A DNA stretch of 63,800 nucleotides, filler included, from Octopus bimaculoides (GCF_001194135.2; 5 parts of 5 records of this genome joined end to end with filler, not necessarily neighbours in it); one strand, 5' to 3'. Counted from the first letter of the whole stretch, positions 37,450 to 51,594 are shown. The notes: a model not told the origin generated them from the sequence alone. Numbers and translations: made by a program.

Positions 37450-37646
37450 TGATAGATTGCTAGCCACTAAACCTTTTTTATTTTCTCTCCCTGTTTATTT
37501 TTGTGTTCCTTACTGTTGCAGAGCGTAAGCTGGAAACGTAAAAGACTTCTAGCAACGTCATTTGCTACATCCCCTGCTCTTTCTGCCCTTCTCTGTACAT
37601 CGGTCGAACAGGTCGCCGCTTGTTTGACCGGTTCACAGAGCACCTC
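37450..37646 (+). mobile_element. Penelope-like fragment: pLTR piece with degenerate hammerhead joined to GIY-YIG endonuclease codons
   Basis: 37545-37646 translates TSSNVICYIPCSFCPSLYIGRTGRRLFDRFTEHL (NVIxxIxCxxC..YIGxTxRxLxxRxxEH, Penelope GIY-YIG). Preceded by CTGTTGC-A-GAGC-gtaa-GCTG-GAAAC-GTA. Confidence 0.85.
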
Positions 37647-38687
37647 GTTGGTTTTGTTATCTCACGCGAGTTCACTGAGAAATTGAACAAACCCTTTATC
37701 ATAGACAATCCACCATGATTATTTCAGGTGTTTAGAGATATATTATACAAGGTGTCATTTTCCCTCTTTTAAGAAAATAAAGTAATTTTGAGGGAGATCT
37801 CGCGGGTATTTCTATCGGCTCGATCTACTACATAAATTTACCCTGATTTTTGTTACGAAGGCCTATATGTACGTTCATATTGCTTCCGTTATTTTTATGA
37901 TTTTTGCTATTGTACAAGCTTCCATATATTTTTGAAAGATATTTTTTGACTTATTCATTTTCCAGACGATAATAAAACTACTCTACATATATTTGTGTTT
38001 TTTTTGTGTATTTTACCATTTCATTTTTTTTTTCTTGTACCATTCTTTTATATGTTTATATATTTATTTATCTAATTTCTGAAGAAATATTCTAATTAAA
38101 AGATAAGTCGTAGTTGACGAAATGGCAGAATTTTGCACATTTCAAAGATTTCACTTGCTGGTTCTCGCACTTTTTACACTAGAATGTTGTATACGTGTCT
38201 CTCTCGGTGTTTGTCTGCCTGTCTCTTTGTCTGACTGTCTGTAAGGATAACTTTTTAAAAGTTTGTTTCTTGATTCCGAATATTTTTTCTTAATAATGTT
38301 TATAGTTTATTCCGATAAATCTAATATACTTATACGCTAGCGACGCAATTTGCAGCCATATATATCGTGGTGGTCGTCGTCGTCGTTGTCGTCTTCGTTG
38401 TCATCATTGTCGCTGGTCGTCGTAGTCGTCATCACTACCACTGCCTATGGCATCATCATCATCATCATTGTCTTCTTCTTCTTCTTCTTCTTCTTCTTCT
38501 TCTTCTTCTTCTTCTTCTTCTTCTTCTTCTTCTTCTTCTTCTTCTTCTTCTTCTTCTTCATCGTCTTCTTATGACATCATCATCATCACCAACACTAACA
38601 ACACCAACAACAACTCCACTACCACCCTCGCCGTCATAATCATCATCATCATCATCATCATCGTCATCATTATTATTGGCAATGTTA

Positions 38688-39202
38688 GAGGTGAACTGGT
38701 AACAACGATAGCGTCGTCGGTGAAAATGCCTGGCAGCATTCATTCCGTGTATTTATGTTCCACGTTCAAATCCCGCAGAGATCAACTTAGCGTTCCAAAA
38801 CTTCGGGGTCGATAAAATTAGTACAAGTGGAGCAGTGAGATCAATGTTATCGATTCATCTCCTCCGCAAAATTTCCAACGATTATAAATATTCTTTTCTA
38901 CTCTAGGCACAACACCCGAAATTTTGGGGGAGGGTGGAGGCCAGTCGATTAGATCGACCCCAGTATGAAACTGGTACTTCGTTTATCGACCCCGAAAGGA
39001 TGAAAGGTAAAGACGACCTCGGCGGAATTTTAACTCGGAACGTAATTACCGACGAAATACTGCTAAGCATTTCGTCCAGCGCGCTAACGGTTCAGCCAAC
39101 TCGCCATCTTAACGATTATAAATATTATTCTTTTCTACTCTAGAAACAAGGCCCGTAATTTTGGGGAAGGGGCCCAGTCGCTTAGATCGACCCCAGTACG
39201 CA
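38688..39202. mobile_element. Cluster of three family B SINEs: + 38688-38873, - 38893-39110, - 39127-39202
   Basis: Family B motifs in both orientations; 16-bp TSD AACGATTATAAATATT at 38877-38892 and 39111-39126 around the middle copy. Confidence 0.8.
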
Positions 39203-39509
39203 ACGATAGCGTTTCGTAAAAAGCTACATGCAGTATTTCTTTTACCGAATTACGTTCGTAGTTCAACCTTCGCCGAGACCCACTTTGCCATTCAACTTTT
39301 TCGGTATTGGTATATTTAAGTATCAGTCAAACAACGTGAGCGAAAAATCGATTAAACCCCCATCTTCTAAAAATGTGTTTCATTCTTTTTTTAAATATCA
39401 TTACAACACCATGTATGTTTTCCAATTTCTTTACGACGAACACAGCAAATGAATTCTTTGAAAAGATGTGACCATATATATGTATATATGGTCATATATA
39501 CATACATAC

Positions 39510-39548
<39 letters not shown>

Positions 39549-39666
39549 CATGTAGGTATTGATGTATGCATGTATATAGATAGATACATGCATACATACA
39601 ACAGAAACACACAAACACACAAACATACATATGAGTGTGTGTGCATGTGTGTGTGCGTGTGTGTGT

Positions 39667-39707
<41 letters not shown>

Positions 39708-40465
39708 TGTGTCAGTGTATGTGAGCGAGATTAGGCGTGCTTGCGTTCACATGCTTATCTACGTATTGAAACGCGTGTTTTTGAGTGTGTATGTCTATGT
39801 GTATACATGCATCTTTTTAGGCTTATGCACGTGCATGTATTTCTGTCAGCATGTCGTACGTATATATACTTATGCATTTCCGTGTAGTATGAACGCATGC
39901 GTGCCTGTACATTTATAGTTTGAAAATTATTATTTTCATATGCGTGTATCTAAGCATATATGCATATGTATTCATACATCTATATAAATTCATATATATA
40001 TANNNNNNNNNNNNNNNNNNNNNNNNNNNNNNNNNNNNNNNNNNNNNNNNNNNNNNNNNNNNNNNNNNNNNNNNNNNNNNNNNNNNNNNNNNNNNNNNNN
40101 NNNNNNNNNNNNNNNNNNNNNNNNNNNNNNNNNNNNNNNNNNNNNNNNNNNNNNNNNNNNNNNNNNNNNNNNNNNNNNNNNNNNNNNNNNNNNNNNNNNN
40201 NNNNNNNNNNNNNNNNNNNNNNNNNNNNNNNGTATGTGTGTCGTTGTGCACTTAACTAGACACGGAAAAATCTAACATGTACACATCACAAACGCGATGC
40301 ATTCGCTGATAACATGGCTTCTGTGCGCGCAGCGCGTTTGGTATGTTGTCTTATCTGAACTTTGACGGCGCTAGATTGAAAAGGAAAGAAACAAAGAATC
40401 GTAATGGAAAAGGAATATGTAAGAAGGAGTGTATATCAGAAGAAGGAGTGTATATCAGAAGAAGG

Positions 40466-40498
<33 letters not shown>

Positions 40499-40627
40499 GC
40501 GTGGGGTAGAGATATATAACAAGAAGTAATTGAAGAGCAAATGGATGTAAAGGCCAAAAGAGAAAAAAAAGATTAAGTAGAAGAAAACGCAAAAAGATTA
40601 AATACTGCTGGTAGTAGTAGTAGTAGT

Positions 40628-40674
<47 letters not shown>

Positions 40675-40741
40675 TAGTAGTAGTAGCAGCAGTAGTAGTA
40701 GTGTTTATAGTAGCAAGAAATCTTATTGCAGCGGTAATTAT

Positions 40742-40872
40742 TATTTCGCCCGCCCCTGCGTCCCGAGTTCAAATTCTGCCGAAGTCGACAATGCCTGTCA
40801 TCCTTTTGGATTCCGTGAAATTCTGGGGTCAATGTAATCGACCAATCCCCTCCCCGAAAACCTTCAGGCCTT
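40742..40872 (+). mobile_element. SINE family B fragment
   Basis: gagttcaaattctgccgaagtcgacaatgcctgtcatcc...ggggtcaatgtaatcgacc. Confidence 0.7.
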
Positions 40873-41781
40873 CAGTTATCAACAGGATGATAACACCCAA
40901 AATAACAAACCCCACACCAAAACATGAAGCCTAATCGTTAGATAACAATAACCAATGCATGAGATCCGGAACATGTCCGTGATGCTTATATAATCTATGT
41001 GAGGAATTCCAATGTTAACAGCAGCAAAATCCGAGAGAGGATGTAGGCGTGGAGCTAAAGCGTTTTGATATGTTTTGTAACAGATACGTTTCTTGTAACG
41101 CAAAGGTCTTCTAAGTTGTAACTGTGGTAAGTATATATGTAAACATACTAACATATACATAAATATACATGTATGTACATACATATCTTCGTGTGTGTGT
41201 TTGTGTGTGAAAGGAGGAAGAGAGATGGAGGGAGAGACGAACATAGAGAAAGAGAGAAAGAAAGTGACATAATCCTACGCTAGTCTTCCCTGTGCTACTT
41301 ACGTATGCTTTCATGTGTACGAACATCTAATACACGGAAACTTAACGACTTTATAATACACATACATACACACACATTAATAGAGACTTATACACACACA
41401 TACACACACACATAGCGTTAATACAAACAAATAATTATACCTTTGTCTGTAAGGAATGTTTCAATCAATTCCACAAATTGTGAATAGCGGTGCGGAGGAA
41501 CGAAGTTAGATTTTTTGCATAATTCTTATATTCCTAGGATGTAGAATCGAGGTGAAAAGTCTGGCAATTAAAGATAGATTTCCACTGTAAAAGACGAAGG
41601 ATATATATATATATATAGTTATGAAACACGTGTAATCTTTTTATTATATTTATCTTATGATATTTACTTTACTTTATATTATACTCATTTATTGTGCTTT
41701 TAATTATTAATTTTTCTATATGTGATAGTGGATTTTCATCGATGAGTTCTTGAAAATTGGTTATTTTCCCTAAAACTATAT

Positions 41782-41838
<57 letters not shown>

Positions 41839-41885
41839 CTTTTGGCCTACGATGCCACTGTTAGTTTTTTCTTCGAACTGATAGT

Positions 41886-42036
41886 CAAAATGCTTAGCGG
41901 TATTTCGTCTGTCTTTATGTTCTGAGTTCAAATGCCGCTGTAGTCGACTTTGTCTTTCATCCCTTCAGGATCGTTAAAGTATGTATCAGTGAAACATTGG
42001 AATCGATGTAATTGACTCATCCCTTCCTCCAAAATG
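41886..42036 (+). mobile_element. SINE family B fragment
   Basis: aaatgcttagcggtatttcgtctgtctttatgttctgagttcaaatgccgc...gtcgactttgtctttcatcc. Confidence 0.8.
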
Positions 42037-43834
42037 TCTGCTCTGGTGGCAGGTACCATTTTACAGGTATAACATCATATTCAAAGAATAGTATGACATT
42101 TCATTATAACCTTTTATATCCGTGTTTCACGTGGACTATGCTCAAGTCTGAAGGAATTATCTTTGACTTAAATCCAGCAAATAATATAAATATAAACGTC
42201 TGTGAAGCTAAAGACTTTATGAATTGTTAATGCTAGTAAACGCAAAAGAGAAATGATATCGGGTGTATACAACTGCATATAGTGTAATTGCTACCGACAC
42301 ACCAATTGCTGTGGGAAATAAATGGCAAGCTTATTTTGCTTCAGTTCCTGCAACCGATCATGGAATGAATCGGTTCCATTGTTGCTCCAAATATTACATG
42401 TGCCATGTTTATACTTCGCAATGTTCCCTCATCACATTGCAATGATGTCTTTTCAACTGAAAGATATCCGCTTACAGAGTCTTATTTACTGCCATATAAA
42501 GTAGAATGACAATACTCGAGGGATTATTCAATAAATACAAGGAAGTTAGTGATACACGTATCAACAAAATACTTCATTGATTTCTGCTTATTATTGCCAG
42601 AAACATGAATGAATACAGGCATCGAACAACAACCGTCTTTCCGCTGGCAATAAACATACGTTTTTCAACCTATCGCCGTTTCTCTTTGTACAAATGCTGC
42701 AAAAATAATAGCACCCTACTTTTCTAGATTTCCTCTAATTGTCCTCATTGATATTTTTAAATTTTTCTGCCNNNNNNNNNNNNNNNNNNNNNNNNNNNNN
42801 NNNNNNNNNNNNNNNNNNNNNNNNNNNNNNNNNNNNNNNNNNNNNNNNNNNNNNNNNNNNNNNNNNNNNNNNNNNNNNNNNNNNNNNNNNNNNNNNNNNN
42901 NNNNNNNNNNNNNNNNNNNNNNNNNNNNNNNNNNNNNNNNNNNNNNNNNNNNNNNNNNNNNNNNNNNNNNNNNNNNNNNNNNNNNNNNNNNNNNNNNNNN
43001 NNNNNNNNNNNNNNNNNNNNNNNNNNNNNNNNNNNNNNNNNNNNNNNNNNNNNNNNNNNNNNNNNNNNNNNNNNNNNNNNNNNNNNNNNNNNNNNNNNNN
43101 NNNNNNNNNNNNNNNNNNNNNNNNNNNNNNNNNNNNNNNNNNNNNNNNNNNNNNNNNNNNNNNNNNNNNNNNNNNNNNNNNNNNNNNNNNNNNNNNNNNN
43201 NNNNNNNNNNNNNNNNNNNNNNNNNNNNNNNNNNNNNNNNNNNNNNNNNNNNNNNNNNNNNNNNNNNNNNNNNNNNNNNNNNNNNNNNNNNNNNNNNNNN
43301 NNNNNNNNNNNNNNNNNNNNNNNNNNNNNNNNNNNNNNNNNNNNNNNNNNNNNNNNNNNNNNNNNNNNNNNNNNNNNNNNNNNNNNNNNNNNNNNNNNNN
43401 NNNNNNNNNNNNNNNNNNNNNNNNNNNNNNNNNNNNNNNNNNNNNNNNNNNNNNNNNNNNNNNNNNNNNNNNNNNNNNNNNNNNNNNNNNNNNNNNNNNN
43501 NNNNNNNNNNNNNNNNNNNNNNNNNNNNNNNNNNNNNNNNNNNNNNNNNNNNNNNNNNNNNNNNNNNNNNNNNNNNNNNNNNATATATATATATATATAT
43601 GTATATATCGCTAGATAGATAGATCGATAGATAGATAGATAGATAGATCGATAGATAGATAGATAGATACCCAATCCAGTAAAACTATAGATTCAAACTC
43701 GGGATGGTTCCAAGTGTAGCTTTTAAACTCCCTTTTGTTCTTATGCGTACATAGACGCACACTCACTCACTCACACGCACACACATATACACATGCACAC
43801 AGACACACCTGTCTGTGCCTTTTACGTTTGATTT

Positions 43835-44037
43835 TCACCCCCACCAATGTTTGACAATTGTTATTGGTTTGTTTACATCCGTATAGTCTAGCGGTTCGGC
43901 AACATGGATCAATAGAATAATTACCAGATTTTAATAAAATAAAAATCAAACAAACAAAAGTACTGGAAACGGTATGTTCGACTAAATCGTTCAATGCGGT
44001 GCCCCAGAATGGTCGCAGTCCAATGATTGAAACAAGT
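43835..44037 (+). mobile_element. SINE family C-like 3' half, diverged
   Basis: tttgacaa...gtttacatccgtatagtctagcggttcggcaa...gcggtgccccagaatggtcgcagtccaatgattgaaacaag. Confidence 0.65.
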
Positions 44038-44460
44038 CAACCATGCAAGCTATATCACTAATAAACGTCTTTACAATTATGAGTTTCATAATCATTGAGA
44101 AGTTTTGCTAGAAGAATAAATGCATTTTATAAAATACTGGCGAGTGTTTTGAAGAATAGAGCGATTAATGATGTATAGTCCGGCTTCAGACCACATAGAG
44201 CCAGCATTATTAAAAATATTCATTCACACCTGCCGCACGAACAAAAGTCATACAGTGGTACCATATGTGGCTCGTTTAAATAAAGAAGGCAGCAATTCAA
44301 GATATTCTACAATTCTATCAATTGCCAAGCCACATGATTTGAGTTGACCCTTACGGTCATGGAGAGTACGGAGAAGAATGAAAAGCCAAACAGTATCCTC
44401 CTAGTTCTTTGGCAACATGTTTTATTATTATCGTTCTGACGGTGATGCAGATTCAGATGC

Positions 44461-44493
<33 letters not shown>

Positions 44494-44929
44494 CCAGGCA
44501 CCATACACACTTAATGGCGTTAGAGAACTTAAACGTTTAAAACTGTTTGTGGAAAATAACTTAGCTAACATGGAGGACAGGAAACCATCTGAATGCTGGA
44601 AAAGATATACCAGCATCATGATAATCCGTGCCAGGTATCGAAACATCGGCCTCATGACTATTGCTAACATCCTCTTTCCTTGTATATATGTTAATATANN
44701 NNNNNNNNNNNNNNNNNNNNNNNNNNNNNNNNNNNNNNNNNNNNNNNNNNNNNNNNNNNNNNNNNNNNNNNNNNNNNNNNNNNNNNNNNNATATATATAT
44801 ATATATATAGATAGATAGATAAATAGATATAGATATATATGTATGTGTTAATATGTTTGTCTGTGCGTGTGTGCTTGTGTGTGTGGTTATGTGTGTGTTG
44901 TTACATGTGTGTGTGCGTGTCTGTGTGAT

Positions 44930-45026
44930 AGTAGTGGTAGTAGAAGTATTGGTAGTGGTGGTGGTAGTGGTGGTGGTAGTGGTGGTGGTTGTGGTGGTCG
45001 TAGTAGTGGTGGTGGTAGTTGTAGTT

Positions 45027-45072
<46 letters not shown>

Positions 45073-45560
45073 CAGTGCTGCTGGTGGTGGTGGTAGAAGT
45101 AGTAGTGGTAGTGGTGGTGGTGTGGTAATATCTTTCGTCATAGTATTAGCAGGAACTTTATTGCATAATATATTTCTAAGATTACAAATTATGATGATTA
45201 CAACGATATTGATGATGATGATGATGAAGAGGAGGACGACGACGAGAAGGGAGAGGAAGCAGACTGTTTTTATCATCATCGTCATCATCATCCGTATTGT
45301 CACCATTATCATCATCATAATAGTGATCACCATAAGGACGTGAGCAAAATGACGAGACGCGATAATGTTCATGAAGATAAAGTGGAAGAAGAGTTAATCG
45401 GCAGGATGGGGAGGAGGTGGATGTAGAAGAGGAGGATGCGGAGGAGGATGCGGAGGAGGAGGAGCAGGAGGATGTGGAGAGGGAGGATACTGAGGATGAG
45501 GAGGTGGATGTGGAAGAGGAGGGGGATAGGAGGCGAACATCATGAAGGCGGATGACGACA
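44930..45560. repeat. Low-complexity GTA/GGT/GAT/GAG trinucleotide region
   Basis: Direct reading. Confidence 0.85.
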
Positions 45561-45834
45561 GTGCTGATGTGAAATTTAAACTTATTTACAAAAATCACTT
45601 CGAAGGCTGCTAGGCTGCCTGTGTGTATGTATGTATGTATGTATGTAATATGTATGTGTGTGTGTGTATGTATGTATGTATATATGCATGTATGTATGTA
45701 TATGTGTATATGTGTGTGTATGTGCGCATTTGCGTGTATATGTATATATATATATATGTATGTGTGTACGTATACATATATATATCTATATGTACATATG
45801 TATATATGTATATATGTACACATACATATATATG

Positions 45835-45878
<44 letters not shown>

Positions 45879-47251
45879 NNNNNNNNNNNNNNNNNNNNNN
45901 NNNNNNNNNNNNNNNNNNNNNNNNNNNNNNNNNNNNNNNNNNNNNNNNNNNNNNNNNNNNNNNNNNNNNNNNNNNNNNNNNNNNNNNNNNNNNNNNNNNN
46001 NNNNNNNNNNNNNNNNNNNNNNNNNNNNNNNNNNNNNNNNNNNNNNNNNNNNNNNNNNNNNNNNNNNNNNNNNNNNNNNNNNNNNNNNNNNNNNNNNNNN
46101 NNNNNNNNNNNNNNNNNNNNNNNNNNNNNNNNNNNNNNNNNNNNNNNNNNNNNNNNNNNNNNNNNNNNNNNNNNNNNNNNNNNNNNNNNNNNNNNNNNNN
46201 NNNNNNNNNNNNNNNNNNNNNNNNNNNNNNNNNNNNNNNNNNNNNNNNNNNNNNNNNNNNNNNNNNNNNNNNNNNNNNNNNNNNNNNNNNNNNNNNNNNN
46301 NNNNNNNNNNNNNNNNNNNNNNNNNNNNNNNNNNNNNNNNNNNTATATATAGTGAAGTATATTTGCCACTAGCGTGTGTGTGTTTTTGTACGCTTACATA
46401 CATATACACATATACCTATAGATATAATAATTAATATACATAAATGTGCGTGTCTATGTGCCTCTGTATATGTTTGTACGTGTATACGTTTGTGTTTTGA
46501 TCTCGTATGAGTCAATGCATATCAAAATTATCCCCGTGTTTCTGTATTATATGTTCGGTATACACAACTCAGTACCAACCTACACATACTCACTTTACGT
46601 ACATTTGTTCAACATTATAGAAATATAAGAACGACACACGGGAAGGACAACCTTTGTGCTTCAACACATTGTTCAACGAATTGAATACGAACATTTTGCA
46701 ATCCCCTTAAATCACTGCTTTTATTTCCGTGTCACGAATTATTCACACTGTGTTATGTTGGCAGCGATGGCGAAAATTATGTTTATCACCGTCTCCTTCA
46801 ATCTTGTCAGATATATTTAAAGGAATGAATGAGGTTGCTAAGAGAGAACGTTTTATAACCATTACGTTGTAACATCTCTGATATGATAACGAGCTATTGT
46901 AGAAGATAAAAAATGTTATTAATTTCTTATTAGCGAACGCAATGAATGATATACGTCGATAATATATTAGTTGAAATAAGAGCGTAGTTTACTCACACAC
47001 CGCCATTTTGAGATCACGCTCTACCATCGTCGTGACGTTGTCTGCTATTTAAAACACTTTACGAATTCTACTGGGCGAATATCTATGGCTGGAAAAGAAA
47101 GAGATTCGTTGGTTCCATACGTGTATGTTGATAAAGGATTAGATTTTACCAGATTTATTAAACAATCAATTGTAAAGATAAAATGCAAGGCAATTCATTC
47201 GGTAATGCAACACTATAGCATTGTCATCGATCATATATATTGCTTTCATGT

Positions 47252-47456
47252 TTTGGCACAAGACCAGCAATTTATGGAGATGGCTTAAGTCGATTTTATC
47301 GAACCAAGTAACCAGGTGGTACTTAGTTTATCGATTCCGAAAGGATGAAAGGTAAACTTGATCTTGGTGGAATTTGAACTCAGAACATAAAAACGGACGA
47401 AATGCCGTTAAGGATTTTGCTCGGCTTGCTAACGGCTAATGTCAGCTTGCCATCTT
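47252..47456 (-). mobile_element. SINE family B, diverged
   Basis: cgaaaggatgaaaggtaaacttgatcttggtggaatttgaactcagaac is the reverse complement of the family B core. Confidence 0.75.
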
Positions 47457-47784
47457 ACAGCTCATTTATATTAAACAAAATCATATGGATCTCAGTTGGT
47501 TTCGACGATGACAGTTCAGTTGTTTGATCAACTGAATTATTGAGTTAATAATTTAGCATAGAATATATTTATGGCCGAGTATTCCACGGATCTCTTCGCT
47601 ATTAATCTTCAGACAGGACCAGCAGGTTGTTGCATTCATGATCACAAGAACGTGGTTTCAATACCAGGACTTGAGATAAACGCTTCAGGTTGCTCCTGTT
47701 CATTCAGGACTGGCATCTCGTTCACGGGTGGTGGTGTAACCTCGGCAAATGCGTCTACACATACATGCATAGATGCACATGTAT

Positions 47785-47816
<32 letters not shown>

Positions 47817-47818
47817 CG

Positions 47819-47877
<59 letters not shown>

Positions 47878-48200
47878 ATGTATATATGTTCCAAATTTGT
47901 TTAAATGTGTATCGAATAATATATCAGTTGAATAAAGTTACAGGGTTTGGTTTTCACGTTTTTAATAATTGTATTAAATTTTATTTTTTTTGCAATGTTG
48001 AAGTGTCTTAAATATTAAAAAGAATATTTTGTAATGTTCATAAAGTTCAATTAGCGCTTTCATACGTTTGTTTATATATTCTTTTATTCTTTTATTCTTT
48101 TACAATTTTAACCCAGTGGCCGTGGGCATACGTACATACATACATATATAGGTATGTATGGATAGTTGATAGATAGAGAGATAGAGAGATAGATAGATAA

Positions 48201-48237
<37 letters not shown>

Positions 48238-49232
48238 CAGACAGATAGATAGATAAACAGAGTGACAGAATGACAGAGTGTCATACAGACAGAAAGAAGG
48301 CCAAACAAACAGGCAAAAAGAGAGACAGACAGACAGGCTAATGGATAGACAGACAGGAATATAACTAATAGATAGGTACATAAATGCGCATAGTTATGCG
48401 AATGGGTAAATCACACCTATATNNNNNNNNNNNNNNNNNNNNNNNNNNNNNNNNNNNNNNNNNNNNNNNNNNNNNNNNNNNNNNNNNNNNNNNNNNNNNN
48501 NNNNNNNNNNNNNNNNNNNNNNNNNNNNNNNNNNNNNNNNNNNNNNNNNNNNNNNNNNNNNNNNNNNNNNNNNNNNNNNNNNNNNNNNNNNNNNNNNNNN
48601 NNNNNNNNNNNNNNNNNNNNNNNNNNNNNNNNNNNNNNNNNNNNNNNNNNNNNNNNNNNNNNNNNNNNNNNNNNNNNNNNNNNNNNNNNNNNNNNNNNNN
48701 NNNNNNNNNNNNNNNNNNNNNNNNNNNNNNNNNNNNNNNNNNNNNNNNNNNNNNNNNNNNNNNNNNNNNNNNNNNNNNNNNNNNNNNNNNNNNNNNNNNN
48801 NNNNNNNNNNNNNNNNNNNNNNNNNNNNNNNNNNNNNNNNNNNNNNNNNNNNNNNNNNNNNNNNNNNNNNNNNNNNNNNNNNNNNNNNNNNNNNNNNNNN
48901 NNNNNNNNNNNNNNNNNNNNNNNNNNNNNNNNNNNNNNNNNNNNNNNNNNNNNNNNNNNNNNNNNNNNNNNNNNNNNNNNNNNNNNNNNNNNNNNNNNNN
49001 NNNNNNNNNNNNNNNNNNNNNNNNNNNNNNNNNNNNNNNNNNNNNNNNNNNNNNNNNNNNNNNNNNNNNNNNNNNNNNNNNNNNNNNNNNNNNNNNNNNN
49101 NNNNNNNNNNNNNNNNNNNNNNNNNNNNNNNNNNNNNNNNNNNNNNNNNNNNNNNNNNNNNNNNNNNNNNNNNNNNNNNNNNNNNNNNNNNNNNNNNNNN
49201 NNNNNNNNNNNNNNNNNNNNNNNNNNNNNNNN

Positions 49233-49335
<103 letters not shown>

Positions 49336-49821
49336 GTACATACACGCATATGTATATGTATAGTTTTTTAATATATGCATATGAATATATATAATATATA
49401 TATATAATGTGTGCGTGTGTGTATGAGAGAGTGAGTGTACGTGTGTGTGTGAGCGTGTGTGTGTGTATATATTGTTTTTTTTATATAATCTTCTTCTTGG
49501 TTTGTGTTTGTTTTTGCTATTTTCATATTTTAAGTCCCCATATATTATATACTATACGTGTATACACAATCAAATAATCATATAGATTTATACACAAACA
49601 CGCGTGCACACACATACACACACATACACACACATACACACACACACATAATTGTAGATAGATATAGATGTATATATATATATATATATATATATACAGT
49701 GGTATACACATATATATATATACACAAATACACAAACGACATATACACCCGCCAATTGAGATACAGATATTTATTTAGTTATTATTTATTTTGTATCATT
49801 CCTTCTCTTCTTACTGTGCAT

Positions 49822-49859
<38 letters not shown>

Positions 49860-49891
49860 NNNNNNNNNNNNNNNNNNNNNNNNNNNNNNAT

Positions 49892-49924
<33 letters not shown>

Positions 49925-49994
49925 CATACAGACATAAGTATGTATGCGAATGTGTGTGTATCTGTGCATGTATGTATAAATGTAGTTCTGTGCA

Positions 49995-50039
<45 letters not shown>

Positions 50040-50463
50040 GGTGTACGTGTGTGTATGCATACATGGTGTGTTTATGTCTGTGAGTTTATGAATGAGAATG
50101 CCATTTCGCGTGTATCCATATACCAATCAGTGTACGTGTCTATGTTTGTGTCTCTGTAAAGCGGGTATACGTGTATAAACAAAAACACAAATCTATATTC
50201 ATTAACACACCCCTACACACAGAAATACATAAGCACATTCACACACACACACAGAGACACACACACACATACACACAGCTGCACCCACACTCACACTCAC
50301 ACACAGTCACATATATGCAAGCATATAATTGGATGCATTAACTTCCTTTGATGTAATTTCGCCTTTCAGAATCTACGTTACTGAAAGTAACAGGTTGCCG
50401 TTTAGTCTTGCCTATGTTGGTGCTGTCTTTGTTGTCGTCGCTGATGTTGTTGCAGTCGTTGTT

Positions 50464-50497
<34 letters not shown>

Positions 50498-50677
50498 TTA
50501 TTATTATTATTACTTTTCTTATTATCTTTATCGGTATGTGTCGTTTCGCTGATTGCTTTCTGTTAATTGCACATAATACATACAGAAATACATATATACA
50601 TACAGAAAAACATCTATACATGCATACATATATNNNNNNNNNNNNNNNNNNNNNNNNNNNNNNNNNNNNNNNNNNNN

Positions 50678-50689
50678 TTAATTAATTAA
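50678..50689. other. Assembly linker TTAATTAATTAA in a 44N+12+44N gap
   Basis: Same construct as 28102-28113. Confidence 0.95.
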
Positions 50690-50733
50690 NNNNNNNNNNN
50701 NNNNNNNNNNNNNNNNNNNNNNNNNNNNNNNNN

Positions 50734-51037
50734 GCTTCATCACAAATTGCCATCCTAGCTCCTGCTATGTATAATCAGGGCAGCGCAAAAAGTTGTTTTG
50801 CACAAGCATTTCTATAGCCAATTACACGGATGAAATTTACGTATGCTTAATAATTTTACGCAAAACAGCTTTCAGACTTTCCCTATTAATTTCATCGTCT
50901 TTTGAATTATGAACATATTTACATCATAAGGGTTTTTTCATTGTAAGGCTTTCGTTTTTAGTTGATTTTCAGCTAGCAAGACTTATCGTAGATGGCATAA
51001 TAAGTCACACCCGGACAAGGTCGGGTTATACTGCTAG
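50734..51037 (+). mobile_element. Helitron 3' end
   Basis: GC hairpin ACCCG-gacaaggt-CGGGT (51009-51026), then CTAG at 51034-51037 followed by T. The 5' extent is uncertain. Confidence 0.6.
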
Positions 51038-51213
51038 TATATATATATAGAGGATGTGTTAACTATTTCAGAATAAAAATTTAAGAATCATAAATGGCCC
51101 AAACTTTGACTAAATATCCTCTTTTTTCAGCCCCAACATGGAAGCTTTGAACCTAATGCAGACAATGAAAAGGCATGCTGTTCTTGTCCCTTTAGCTGCC
51201 AACCACAATGATT

Positions 51214-51594
51214 AGGGTCAATGCAGCAGCCTACATCGAGATGCTGGAGATAGTCGTTAAACCATGGATCAAGAGAGTTGCTTGTGGGGAGGCTGTACAT
51301 GTTCCAGTCTGAACAACCCAGAAGTGGATAGTCAAAAATTTTCATGAGTGTGTCACCCATAACATTTGGCCTCCTAGCTCTCCTGATTTAAACCCCCTGC
51401 ACTACAACGTCTGGAGCATTGTTGGGAGGGAGACCAACAAGCATGCCTGCAATACCAAAGACTGATTGATGTCTACTATTTAGGATGTTATGGCCATATG
51501 AATAAAAATCACCTACTCAACACATTTAGTCATTTCAGAAGTTATATCAAGGCAGTAATTAAGGTTAATTAAGGCTGATGACAGCTTTATTGAA
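51214..51594 (+). pseudogene. Decayed Tc1/mariner transposase C-terminus (maT/DD37D-like)
   Basis: RVNAAAYIEMLEIVVKPWIKRVACGRLYMFQ, then TTQKWIVKNFHECVTHNIWPPSSPDLNPLHYNVWSIVGRETNK, then MNKNHLLNTFSHFRSYIKAVI...FIE. The segment expected to carry the second Asp is deleted. Confidence 0.88.

Noticed and set aside
42263-42445. 60-aa ORF YTTAYSVIATDTPIAVGNKWQAYF...
   Set aside because: No acceptor site, no recognisable motif, short enough to be random.
45181-45560. Acidic-looking GAT/GAG-rich stretch suggesting a D/E-rich exon
   Set aside because: Part of a trinucleotide low-complexity region like those at 21300, 31500 and 38400; frames are interrupted and no splice sites are evident.
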